Shown here: piece after piece, positions 11,889 to 21,801 of the stretch | Numbering within the stretch: position 1 is the first letter of the stretch | Layout: each line of letters opens with the position of its first letter | From: Candidatus Hydrogenedentota bacterium | GTDB taxonomy: Bacteria; Hydrogenedentota; Hydrogenedentia; Hydrogenedentales; SLHB01 | DNA length: 64,000 bases | NCBI GenBank assembly: GCA_963745075.1 | Contig: CAVUWV010000001.1 | Coordinates: forward strand, 128,001 to 192,000 | Direction of reading: 5' to 3' | The notes under the pieces: model-generated | Database searches by the model: none | The model's input: the letters and a program-made list of their open reading frames with translations, nothing else | What the model was told of the DNA's origin: nothing | Program-made: the position numbers and the translations under genes

Positions 11889-13433
11889 CTTGAGTTTATG
11901 CAGAAGTACCGGGATAAAGCCAGTTCGATTCTGAGCGGTTTTGATCGAATCGTCTTTCGAGGGCTTTTGCGGTCTATAGTCCATCCAGACGGCATGAAAA
12001 GGCACTTGTCGCGGTGTGACGTTCCCCGCCGCAACTTCGGAGCCCATGTGGAGGAGACGACCAAGAAACTGAAAAAGGCCTCGTTGGCTCAGGCTGAACA
12101 TCTGGATAGACCGGTCATCTACGTGCAATCGAGTCAAACCCGTAAGGAGACTATCGCCAGACAGGTACTCGCGGAGAATCCCGTCGATTCCGGTTTGCTG
12201 TGCGTGCTTTCTTGTGTGGAGCCCTGCATGACCTACGAGATGTATCGCAATCGGGAGGCCAAGAAACTGGAACTCGTCTATCGTCTGCGTAAGTGTCTCC
12301 ACTTGTATCATTACTACGTCGATCCTCTGTTCGGCTTCATGCATGCCCGCATCCAAACCTGGTATCCCTTTCACGTCCAAGTCTGTGTGAATGGACGGGA
12401 ATGGCTGGCTCGGCGAATGGATGCCGAAGGTTGCAAATACATCCGCTACGAGAACAGTTTCCCGCATCTAGAGGACCCGGAGCGCGCCCAGCAATTGCTC
12501 GATGAACTGGTCCGTCTCAACTGGACCGAAACCCTTCACGAAATCGCCGCGCGGTTGAATCCTGCGCATCAAGAGATCCTCGGTCCCTATGCCCGCTACT
12601 ACTGGACCGCTCACCAAACCGAATGGGCCACGGACATCACGTTTACCTCGGCCCAAGACCTCCAAGATATCTATCCTCAACTTGTCTGGGGCGCCATCAC
12701 CACCTTTTCCACACGGCATGTCATGCGCTTTTTGGGCAAACAATTCCAACGCCACTTTGCCGGCGAAGTCCAGAGCCATTATCACGACCGTCTCGACGGC
12801 CTCTCCGTCAAACATGCCGTCAACAACAATTCCGTCAAGATGTATGACAAAGGGGCCCAAATCCTTCGCATCGAAACCACCATCAACAACCCCCACGACA
12901 TCCCGGTCTACCGGCCCAAGGAAGGCGGTGACCCCAAAGACTTGGCTCACCGTTCCATGCGCAAAGGCGTAGCCGATCTCGAACGGCGCACGCAGGTCTC
13001 TCAACGCGCCAACGAACGCTACCTCGAAGCCCTGACACCATTCGATACCTCCACTCCCTTGGCACAACTCCTCGCCCCCGTCACCAAAAGGGTCACCAAA
13101 AAAGGAACGACCTATCGCGGCCTGCGGCCTTGGGCACACCAAGACCTCGAACTTCTGCAAACCATCAACAAACCCGAGTTTCTCATCGCAGGCTTCCGCA
13201 ACAAGGACCTGTCCGCCATCCTTTATCCCAAGGATCAGGGCGACCTCCGTGCCCGACGCGCCGCCTCCGGTCGCGTCTCCTATCGCCTACGGCTTCTCCG
13301 AGCCCACGGTCTTATTGCCAAAACATCACGCACCCGTCGCTACCAAATCACCACCAAAGGAACTCAACTATGCGCAGCCATACTCATGGCCCAACACGCA
13401 ACTATCCAACAACTTACCCCCAAGGCCGCTTAG
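11886..13433 (+). CDS. Putative transposase / replication-initiator-like protein with C-terminal winged helix (515 aa)
   Basis: AAGGAG RBS; basic protein with GFDRIVFRG, QTEWATDITF, VKMYDK-x4-LRIETT; C-terminal GFRNKDL...SYRLRLLRAHGLIAK...RRYQIT. Confidence 0.75.
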   Translation: MLEFMQKYRDKASSILSGFDRIVFRGLLRSIVHPDGMKRHLSRCDVPRRNFGAHVEETTKKLKKASLAQAEHLDRPVIYVQSSQTRKETIARQVLAENPVDSGLLCVLSCVEPCMTYEMYRNREAKKLELVYRLRKCLHLYHYYVDPLFGFMHARIQTWYPFHVQVCVNGREWLARRMDAEGCKYIRYENSFPHLEDPERAQQLLDELVRLNWTETLHEIAARLNPAHQEILGPYARYYWTAHQTEWATDITFTSAQDLQDIYPQLVWGAITTFSTRHVMRFLGKQFQRHFAGEVQSHYHDRLDGLSVKHAVNNNSVKMYDKGAQILRIETTINNPHDIPVYRPKEGGDPKDLAHRSMRKGVADLERRTQVSQRANERYLEALTPFDTSTPLAQLLAPVTKRVTKKGTTYRGLRPWAHQDLELLQTINKPEFLIAGFRNKDLSAILYPKDQGDLRARRAASGRVSYRLRLLRAHGLIAKTSRTRRYQITTKGTQLCAAILMAQHATIQQLTPKAA

Positions 13434-13472
13434 ACAAATGCGAAAGTTTTTTACGATGTTTGCGGTTAGGGA

Positions 13473-13544
13473 CCCAGGGCAAGCGAAGCGCCGCCCTGGG
13501 TCTCAAGGTCCCCCCAAACACCAAGCGCTGAAAGTGCGAAACAT
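13473..13544. repeat. Right part of an interrupted REP-like element (left part 11756-11785)
   Basis: cccagggc...gccctggg hairpin, then gcgctgaaagtgcgaaacat, which repeats ggactgaaagtccgaaacat at 11756-11775. Confidence 0.7.
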
Positions 13545-13693
13545 TCTTGGTGCCTTCCACCCACTCGGCATACCCTTCCACGGCTCGTTCAATCCGCAAT
13601 TCACGCGAACACGTTGCACCTTCCCCAAACCGCAACTATACTGACCCCCAACCGACAGCAATTGCACCTCACCGCGTCAGGAGCGCCAAACCA

Positions 13694-15616
13694 ATGCTAC
13701 TCCGCACCCGCCTTACCTGCCTCATCCTCAGTTTCACCGCCCTCGCTCTGGCCGCCTCGGCCCAAGACGCCGACCAAGCCGACTTTCCCTCCCGCGAGGC
13801 ACCGTTGGGGGAACGCATCGCGCGGTTCGACGAGATCCTCCGCGCGCGGCATTGGAACGAAGGCCTGGTGCAGACCGGGGTCATCTTTCCGCCGGCGGGG
13901 GAGAAGCGACCCGTCACGGGCAATCACGAGGACGTGTGCGGGCGGACCGCCGTGCTGCTGGCCGCCTATTCCCATCGCTATGCCGTCACCCAGGACCCGA
14001 AAGACCGCAAACTCGCCGACGGCATCATGGATGGCATCCTCAAACTCGAACGCGTGACCGGCGTGCCGGGCCTCGTCGCGCGCGGATTCTACAAGACGAA
14101 GAAACCGTTGTGGCACGAGAAGGCCTATTTCTTCGCCAACGAGTGGCACGACTCAACGTCCATGCCCGGCTACCGGTGGGTGGGCGATCTGAGCAGCGAC
14201 AAATTCACGGACCTCTTCTACGGCGTTGGCACCTATTGGGAAATCTGCGCTGACCAGAAACACCGGAAGATCGCCGAGGACTTTCTCGACCGGTTCGTCG
14301 GGCGGTGTCTCGATTACAATTTCAAGTTGGTTGACCTCGACGGCAAGATGACGCTATGGGGTAACTTCTGTCCCGACCTGCCCCACGAGAACCTGAATGC
14401 GCTCGAAATGCTCGCGGGACTGAAAACCGTCTACCGCATGACCGCGAAAGAACGCTACCGCGCCGCGTATAACAAGCTGATTACGACCTACCACTACGAC
14501 GACGAAGCCATTATGGCCAAGACGCTCTGGCCCGAGGAGTGGGCCGTGCCGTGGGACGACAACCTCGCCGCGAAATCCTACTGGATGCTCATGCGCTACG
14601 AAACCGATCCCACGCTCCTCACCAAGTACCGCATGGCGCTCAACCGCCATCTCTTCTCGTGGAAACGGCTCGACTTCGGTTACGGCGCGGTGCCCTACTA
14701 TTTCATGCTCTACCAAGTGTTGACCGGCGAGAAGGTTGTCAACGACAAGGTCCTCGCCGAAATCAACGCCATGTATCCGGGCAGCCGCGCAACGAGAACT
14801 TTTACCGTACCGACGCCCGACGGTCCGAAGCGCGTCGAATCCGTCGAAGAGGAAATCAACGTCGACACGATTCGCAACTACTGGTTCGCGCGGCAATACG
14901 GGTTCGTCGACGCGTCGCAACCCTTGCCGGAACCGCAGATCGGGACCTCTCCCTGGAAACAGGCCCATCCCCAACCCTCGGATACGCCCCAACCACCCGA
15001 AGGCATGGTATACGTCCCCGCCGGACCCTTCATCATGGGGAGCAACTTCGGCGATACCGACGAGTCGCCGCAACACCTTGCCACGACCGGCGCATTCTTC
15101 ATCGACACCTACGAAGTGGGCAACGCCGACTTCAAGAAGTTCGATCCCAGCTACACCTACCCCGAAGGCAAAGACAACTTCCCCGCCGTCGTGACCTGGG
15201 AACAGGCGAACGCCTACGCCAAGTGGGCCGGCAAACGGTTGCCGACCGAAGCCGAGTGGGAGAAAGCCGCCCGCGGCATCGACGGACGCTTGTATCCCTG
15301 GGGCAACACCTACGACCCCACCTTCATTGCCTATGACGATTCGATCGGCCGCGGCGAAACCATCGCCAAACCCACCAGTCCCTACGGCTGCTTCGACATG
15401 GCCGGCGGCGCCTACGAGTGGACCTCAAGCTGGTACCAACCCTATCCCGGCAACACCGTCTCCTGCGACGAGTACGGCGAGAAAAACAAAGTCATGCGTG
15501 GCGGCTCCAATTTCAACGACCTCGCCATGATGCGCACCTCGCACCGCTACTATCTTCCGCCCAACACCACCGGCAACTACCACACCGGTTTCCGTTGCGT
15601 GAAGGATGTGAAATAG
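13694..15616 (+). CDS. Secreted protein: uncharacterised helical domain plus FGE-sulfatase (SUMF1-like) domain
   Basis: Signal peptide ending ASA; MVYVPAGPFIMGS, RLPTEAEWEKAARG, DMAGGAYEW, RGGS, TGFRC; AGGAG RBS. Confidence 0.85.
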   Translation: MLLRTRLTCLILSFTALALAASAQDADQADFPSREAPLGERIARFDEILRARHWNEGLVQTGVIFPPAGEKRPVTGNHEDVCGRTAVLLAAYSHRYAVTQDPKDRKLADGIMDGILKLERVTGVPGLVARGFYKTKKPLWHEKAYFFANEWHDSTSMPGYRWVGDLSSDKFTDLFYGVGTYWEICADQKHRKIAEDFLDRFVGRCLDYNFKLVDLDGKMTLWGNFCPDLPHENLNALEMLAGLKTVYRMTAKERYRAAYNKLITTYHYDDEAIMAKTLWPEEWAVPWDDNLAAKSYWMLMRYETDPTLLTKYRMALNRHLFSWKRLDFGYGAVPYYFMLYQVLTGEKVVNDKVLAEINAMYPGSRATRTFTVPTPDGPKRVESVEEEINVDTIRNYWFARQYGFVDASQPLPEPQIGTSPWKQAHPQPSDTPQPPEGMVYVPAGPFIMGSNFGDTDESPQHLATTGAFFIDTYEVGNADFKKFDPSYTYPEGKDNFPAVVTWEQANAYAKWAGKRLPTEAEWEKAARGIDGRLYPWGNTYDPTFIAYDDSIGRGETIAKPTSPYGCFDMAGGAYEWTSSWYQPYPGNTVSCDEYGEKNKVMRGGSNFNDLAMMRTSHRYYLPPNTTGNYHTGFRCVKDVK

Positions 15617-15633
15617 AGGGGAGAAGATTCGAC

Positions 15634-16086
15634 TCAGATTTCGTCGTCGATTTCGAGGTAGTGCATCCATGCCTGGCTGCGAAGCACGTCACGAACAAAG
15701 GCGACTTCGTCGGCGGTAAGGTCGCCTTCGACCAGGGCATCGTAAAACGCGGACCAGTCGAAATAGAGCACGGAGACGTTTTCGCCGGCGATGACCGTCG
15801 CGATGCGACGCCAATCGTCTTCGAGGTGGAACTGCTGCATCTCGCCGAGCAGGGCGGGGGCTTGAACGGTCGTGGCAAAGCCGTCGGATTTCCGGACCGT
15901 GACTTCGCCATTGAGCAAGACGTAGCCATCGTTGGAGGACCGGTCGCCTTCTTCGTATAAGGTGGTTTCGGGATCCAGGTTCGAGAAGGTGGATACCCGG
16001 AGCAAGGTCGCCGCGACGCGGTCGCGCAGATGGTCGGGCAGTTCCAGTAGCACCGACAAGTCTTTGATGCGATCCTCGTGGCCCAT
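15634..16086 (-). CDS. Cyclic-nucleotide-binding domain protein
   Basis: LYEEGD...GYVLLNGEV...LLGEM...RIATVIA pattern; GGAG RBS. Confidence 0.8.
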   Translation of the reverse strand: MGHEDRIKDLSVLLELPDHLRDRVAATLLRVSTFSNLDPETTLYEEGDRSSNDGYVLLNGEVTVRKSDGFATTVQAPALLGEMQQFHLEDDWRRIATVIAGENVSVLYFDWSAFYDALVEGDLTADEVAFVRDVLRSQAWMHYLEIDDEI

Positions 16087-16241
16087 GGCGACACTCTCTC
16101 CCGGCGTTTAACCCGACCCCGAGCCTAATTCTAGGCATTCACGCGCGGGCGATCAACGGTTTGTTCTTGCCATGCATTTGGTGGGTATACTGGAACCCAG
16201 TCCATTGACCAAACAAGGAAACCTAATCGTGGGAGGAGAGA

Positions 16242-17628
16242 ATGCCACGAACGCCGTCTCGACGGGAATTCATGCAACGAGTCGCCGCAGGTGCGGTCGC
16301 GGGCGCACTCGCACATTCGGGGGCGGCAAGAGGAGAGGACCCACCCATGCGTAGACCCAACATCATTGTCATCCTCGTGGACGATCTCGGCTACGGCGAC
16401 CTGTCGTGTTTCGGCGCGAAGGATCTCCAGACTCCGAACATCGACGGCATGGCGCAACGCGGCGTGACGTTCCGCCAGTTCTATGCGAACTGCCCGGTCT
16501 GTTCCCCGACGCGGGCGTCCTTGTTGTCCGGGTGTTTCCCCGATCGCGTGGGCGTGCCGGGCGTGATCCGGACCCATCGCGAGGACAGTTGGGGGCGGCT
16601 GAGTCCGGACGCGGAACTGTTGCCCGCGGTGCTGGGTCCGGCGGGGTATCACACGGCCATCGTCGGGAAGTGGCACCTCGGGCTCGAATCGCCCGACACG
16701 CCGACCGAGCGCGGCTTCCATCATTTCCACGGGTTCCTCGGCGACATGATGGAGGACTACTACACGCACCGGCGGGAAGACCACAACTACATGCGGTTGG
16801 GCATGAAGGAAATCGATCCGGAAGGCCATGCGACGGATCTGTTTACGGCGTGGGCCATCGAGTACATCGAAGAACGCGCCAAGACGGAGCAGCCGTTCTT
16901 CCTGTACCTCGCGTACAACGCGCCGCACACGCCGGTCCAGCCGCCGGAGGAATGGCTGGATCGCGTGAAACAGCGTGAACCCGAATATCGATCCCGACCG
17001 CGCCAAGCTCGTTGCGCTCATCGAGCATCTCGACGACGGCATCGGCAAGGTGCTGCACACGGTGGAATCGACCGGCATCGCCGACGACACGCTCATCATC
17101 TTCGTCTCCGACAACGGCGGATACCTCAAGGCCGGCGCCAACAACGGCAATACGCGCGACGGCAAGGAGGACATGTACGAAGGCGGCATCCGCGTGCCCA
17201 TGTGCGCCCTGTGGCCGGGTAAGATTCCGGAAGGGTCGGAGTCGGATCGGGTGGCGCTCACGATGGACATCTTCGCAACGGCGTGCGAAGCGGCCGGTGC
17301 CGAGCCCAGCAAAGACATCGACGGCCGCAGCATTCTGCCCACGTTGTTGGGCGAGGCGCAGCCCGAAGAGGACCGCACGCTCATCTGGGTCCGTCGCGAA
17401 GGCGGCCCGCGCTACGGCGGTCGGGATTACTATGCGGCCCGGCAGGGGGACATGAAACTCCTGCAGAACGGTCCCTGGGAACCGATGAAGCTCTACGACC
17501 TCGCGGCCGACCCGCTCGAGCAGTCGCCCTTGCCGGAGGATCATCCCGCGTACAAGGAGTTGTTCACCGCCCTTCGCAATCACATTAACGACACCGGAAC
17601 GGTGCCGTGGCAACGGGCGCGGGACTAG
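16242..17628 (+). CDS. Tat-exported Cys-type arylsulfatase, frameshift near 16981
   Basis: SRREF Tat motif; PNIIVILVDDLG, CSPTRAS, GKWHLG; after the shift, SDNG, GK...YEGGIRVP, LYDLAADP; one extra C in gaacccgaat. Confidence 0.9.
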
Positions 17629-17635
17629 GGGGGGG

Positions 17636-17700
17636 AAATCGAAATCCGAATATCGAAATCCGAAACAAATTCCAATGTTCAAATTCCAAATGCTCGAAAC
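17636..17700. repeat. Degenerate heptamer tandem repeat (gaaatcc / aaattcc type)
   Basis: gaaatc-gaaatcc-gaatatc-gaaatcc-gaaac-aaattcc-aatgttc-aaattcc-aaatgctc-gaaac. Confidence 0.7.
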
Positions 17701-17703
17701 AAA

Positions 17704-17726
17704 GGGGCACGGGCGTCTCGCCCGTG
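17704..17726. repeat. REP-like palindrome (family B); copies at 18784-18807 and 35000-35023 (inverted)
   Basis: ggggcacgggcg-tct-cgcccgtg hairpin. Confidence 0.7.
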
Positions 17727-17782
17727 GTTTTAAGGGAAGCGCATTGACATCAATGCCAATCTATGCACATGGTCAAAACGAA

Positions 17783-19928
17783 ATGAATCGACGTTCCTTC
17801 CTCGGACGCATCGCCCTCGGCAGTGCGGCGGCGTTGTCCGCCGGCGCGTTTTGCGCACGCGCGGCCGAAGCGCCGCGCCATCCCAACATCCTCGTCATCC
17901 TCACCGACGACCAGGGTTGGGGGGATGTCCGCATCCACGGCAACGACGTGATTGTAACGCCGGTCATGGATCGGTTGGCGGGGGAGGGGGCGCAGTTCGA
18001 CCGCTTTTACGTCAGCCCGGTGTGTGCGCCCACGCGCGCGGGATTCTTGACGGGGCGCTACTACCTCCGCACCGGCGTGACCGGCGTGACCCACGGCGAG
18101 GAAACCATGCGCAGCGAGGAACGCGACGCTCGCGGAGATCCTGCGCGACGCGGGATACGCGACCGGCTGTTTCGGCAAGTGGCACAACGGCGCGCATTAC
18201 CCCAATCATCCGAACGGCCAGGGCTTCGACGAGTTCTTCGGATTCTGCGCGGGCCATTGGAACAACTATTTTAATACGACCCTCGAGCGCAACGGAAAAC
18301 CGGTCAAGACGGAGGGCTATATCAACGACGTGGTGACTGACGCGGCCCTCGCGTTCATCGACGCGCATCAAGCGCAACCGTTCTTCTGCTACGTCCCCTA
18401 CAACACGCCGCACATGCCGCTCCAGGTGCCGGATAAATACTTCGATCCCTACAAGGAACAGGGGCTCGACGATTCGCTGGCCTGCGTGTACGGCATGTGC
18501 AAAAGCATCGACGACAACGTGGGGCGGCTGCTCGACCGGCTCGAATCCCTCGGGCTCACCGACGACACCATCGTCGTGTTCTTCGGCGATAACGGTCCGC
18601 ACACGGAACGGTACAACGGCGGCATGCTGGGCCGGAAAGGATCCGTTCACGAAGGCGGCGTGCGCAATTCGCTGTTCATCCGCTGGCCCGGCCACATCGA
18701 ACCCGGCACCGTCGTCAAACCCATCGCCGCCACCATCGACCTGCTGCCCACCCTCACGGAATTAGCCAACGTCCCCATAAAACGGGGCACGGGCGTCCCC
18801 GCCCGTGAAGAACTTCCCAAAACTCAGGGTACAGTTTCAGGCCCCAACTCACACCAAAAAACGTCCGCTGCCAACTCCCGCACTGAAGATAGCGTGCAGG
18901 AAATCAAGAAGAAGAACATCCCCCTAGATCCCCCTTCAAAGGGGGAAGCTGGCGCAACGCCTCGCGTTGCGAATGGGGTCAACGGTCCACGCTCGCAGCG
19001 CATGGCAGCACCAATCACTACAAACGACGGTGCGCAAAACTCCCCCTTTGAAGGGGGATCTAGGGGGATGTCCTCTCCAGCCAACGCCGACGTACCCGCC
19101 CGCGCTTCGGCAACCGCGCGCGCCGCCAACTCCCCCTTCGAAGGGGGATCAAGGGGGATGTCCTCTTCTACCCCCGCCCGCGATCTCGACGGCATCAGCC
19201 TCGTCCCCCTGCTCATGAACGACGCCACCGACTGGCCCGACCGCATGCTCTACTCCTTCTGGAAAGGCGCCGGCGCCGTCCGCACCGAACGCTATCGCCT
19301 CGTCGTGGAAAAGGGCCGCTACATGCTCTACGACATGATCGCCGACCCCGGTCAGAAGACGGACATCGCCGATCAGGACACAGCCACCGCCGCACGCCTG
19401 CGTAACGCCTACGACGCATGGTACGAACAGATGATGCGGGAAACCGGCGGTCCCCCGCCCATCCCCATCGGCTACCCCGAGATGCCCGTCGTCACCATGC
19501 CCGCGCCCGAATGCACCCTCCACGGCAACGTCAAATTCAAAGGCGACAAAGGCTGGGCCAACGACTGGGTGACGAACTGGACCAGCACCAACGATTCCGT
19601 CACCTGGGACATCAACGTCGTCCGCGCCGGCACGTACGCGTTGTCGTTGTTGTACACCTGCCCGAAGGAAAACGTCGGCGCCGAACTCGTCCTCGAAATC
19701 AGCGACCAACGCGCGACCGCCACCATCGACGAAGCCTACAACCCCGAGCCTGTCCCGAGTCCCGACCGCGTCCCCCGCAAAGAAGTCTACGAAAAGATCT
19801 GGAAAGAACTCCCCGCCGGCAACGTCACCCTCCCCACCGGCCGCGCCACCCTCACCGTCCGCGCGACGAAGATCCCGGGCGAGACGGCGCTGGAATTGAA
19901 GGCGGTGCGGGTGGAGTGGATGGGGTGA
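17783..19928 (+). CDS. Tat-exported Cys-type arylsulfatase, frameshift near 18124, with an in-frame repeat-derived insertion
   Basis: MNRRSFL; PNILVILTDDQG, CAPTRA; after the shift, GKWHNG, GDNG, KGSVHEGGVR, LDGISL, LYDMIADP. Confidence 0.9.
18916..19161. repeat. Three copies of a 31-bp palindromic repeat inside the sulfatase CDS
   Basis: 18916-18946 is the exact reverse complement of 19041-19071; third copy at 19131-19161 has 2 mismatches. Confidence 0.9.
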
Positions 19929-21062
19929 CATCAGGAAGAAGCAGGTGGCATTCGCCCCCACTCCTCTCGTTCGAGCATGGGGCAATCCGTGAGTGAACAC
20001 TATACGTGGTGAGTTGACCGACAGTTTGTCCCTCAATTTCGCGCGAAGCGATGACGACCTAAGAAAAGTAAGAGCGGAAAGGCAATAGTCCGCGTGCGCC
20101 CCAAATTTAGGGCCAGGCGGAGTATCAGACAATACCTTGCCCATATCCTTGCTGCAGACTTGCGGACGATTGGGAAAGCACACCGGATATTACCCATCGG
20201 GTCTCCAGTAACTAATTCTGGGACCAAGTTTTGTAGGAGGCAAGACTGCGAAGCGACCAGCCTGAACTCACCCACATTTGTTCCCGTCTTATGTTTATCG
20301 TATCTATAGAGTCATCATTATTCGACCAATAGTCTAACGCTTGGCAATCCAAAATCAGAAAGCGGTACGATATCTAATGAACGGGCGAAAGGGTACTCCG
20401 GCACGCTCGGACTTGGTCCGGCTGCACGACGATATTGACAATTGCTTGGTTTGTAACCGGCCGGACTATCAGCTTGTCAAAGTGCGCGGTATCAATCGGG
20501 GATACGAAACCGCATCTGTCATGGCGATCGGGATTGCCCCAAGTCGAACTGCCGCGGTTAGGCAACAGGCTTTCGCTGGGGGAAGCTTTCGCCGTGTCTT
20601 ATTGCCGAGGCCCGCGGGGATGTTCGGTATAGCGCGAAAGGTCGAAGGCTTCTAGTCTGCAAAGACAAGAACGGTCGTATTGTCGCAGCAGCGCTCTTGA
20701 CTCGAAAACGTTCGGATATGATGAAATTGAATTTGGTCGCATCCTCGGAGTGCATGCGGATTTATCGGCAGCTCCTGCGGAAAATAGTCGCCGTTTGCAG
20801 AGGCACAAGAAGGCTGTACCTGACTGTGCCGGTCCGGCAACTGTATTGCAACAAGCACTTACGTTGTACGCCTTCCACTTTGAGGGTTTGCTAGAGAATC
20901 CGTTTGGCCGCGGCGTCGACCACGCCTGCTATGGAAGCTGCCTCTCGTGTAAAAGCGATTAGAGCGCTGAAGGGACCGAGGAAATCAGTCGGGAAAAGAT
21001 GGGATAACCGTTCATAGCGATTCGCCCCATAGCGCTCTATGGCCGGGCGCGTGCCGCGCTCA

Positions 21063-21325
21063 GTGCCGTTTTTGCGGGTAACCGTCTTCGCGGCCATGGG
21101 GCCGTCGCCGTGGCGCGGGGCGGAGAGGAAAAGTTTGAAGAGTGAAGGGGGAAGCCCAGCTTCCAGCCTAATCCCAGTGCAACGCCCCGGCCTATAATGG
21201 TAAGGACAAATCCACCCATGCCAATCACTCTCACACACGCCACGTTTCACAATGTACACTTCACCCGACACACTTCGGGATCACCCCCCCTTGAACCGTC
21301 AAAAACGAAAAGGGGTGCACCCCCC
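21063..21325. repeat. ~260 bp diverged direct repeat, copy 1
   Basis: 42-bp core 21237-21278 is identical to 23028-23069; ends in palindrome GGGGTGCACCCC. Confidence 0.85.
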
Positions 21326-21430
21326 GAGGCCTCCGGACTCCCGTCGCCCGCCCATTCCTGCGCAACCCTTTCGTGATGGATATTTACAGGAGAATTCCGG
21401 AGTGGAACCGTCGCATTTTATTCGTGCCCG

Positions 21431-21465
21431 TTGAGGAAAATACGCGCGCGCTGTGTTATCCTCAA
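21431..21465 (+). promoter_or_regulatory. Inverted repeat upstream of the TA operon (candidate operator/promoter)
   Basis: ttgaggaaaata...tgttatcctcaa, 10/12 complementary, 25 bp before the antitoxin start. Confidence 0.5.
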
Positions 21466-21490
21466 TCATCGTAAATGGAGGAGCAAACCG

Positions 21491-21679
21491 ATGTCCTCAG
21501 TGGTCAACAAGGACGATGCGAAGGCGATTATCGATCGACTGCCCGATGATGCGACGTGGGACGACCTGATGCACGAGATCTACGTGCGGCAGGCGATTGA
21601 ATCGGGTTTGGCCGACAGCAGGGCGGGCAGGACGAAGGCTGTCCGCGAGGTCCGCGAGAAATATGGTCTGACCGAGTGA
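21491..21679 (+). CDS. Type II antitoxin (62 aa), partner of a RelE/ParE toxin
   Basis: IIDRLPDDATWDDLMHEIYVRQAIESGLADSRAGR; GGAGG RBS; GTGA overlap with the toxin start. Confidence 0.85.
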   Translation: MSSVVNKDDAKAIIDRLPDDATWDDLMHEIYVRQAIESGLADSRAGRTKAVREVREKYGLTE

Positions 21680-21801
21680 ACGTCCACTGGACGGACACGG
21701 CAGAGGCCCATCTGGACGCGATTTACCGGCATATCGCCCGTGATTCCAATAACGTCGCAATATGGAGTGCGGCCGCTTGCGGCTGCTTTGCTCAGGTCTA
21801 G
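21676..21801 (+). pseudogene. Truncated RelE/ParE-family toxin
   Basis: VNVHWTDTAEAHLDAIYRHIARDS is a ParE-like N-terminus; the frame then enters a REP element and stops after 41 aa. Confidence 0.75.

Larger units (their letters stand above)
11786..13472 (+). mobile_element. Putative single-gene insertion element of unassigned family, inserted into a REP-like palindrome
   Basis: CCCAG on both flanks (11781-11785, 13473-13477); left-end hairpin GCGGC-ATA-GCCGC; short imperfect subterminal inverted repeat TAGCCGCAA / TTGCGGTTA; excision rebuilds a continuous palindromic repeat. Confidence 0.7.

Noticed and set aside
11886..13433. Ordinary MarR-type transcription regulator
   Set aside because: The winged helix is only the last ~90 of 515 aa, and the gene has element-like ends inside a split repeat
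16131..17682. Long minus-strand ORFs (417 aa and 279 aa)
   Set aside because: Antisense shadows of the sulfatase, common in GC-rich DNA; no motifs
18780..19175. Intein or self-splicing intron in the sulfatase
   Set aside because: No Cys/Ser start with His-Asn end, no group I/II features; the insert is built from REP-like palindromes
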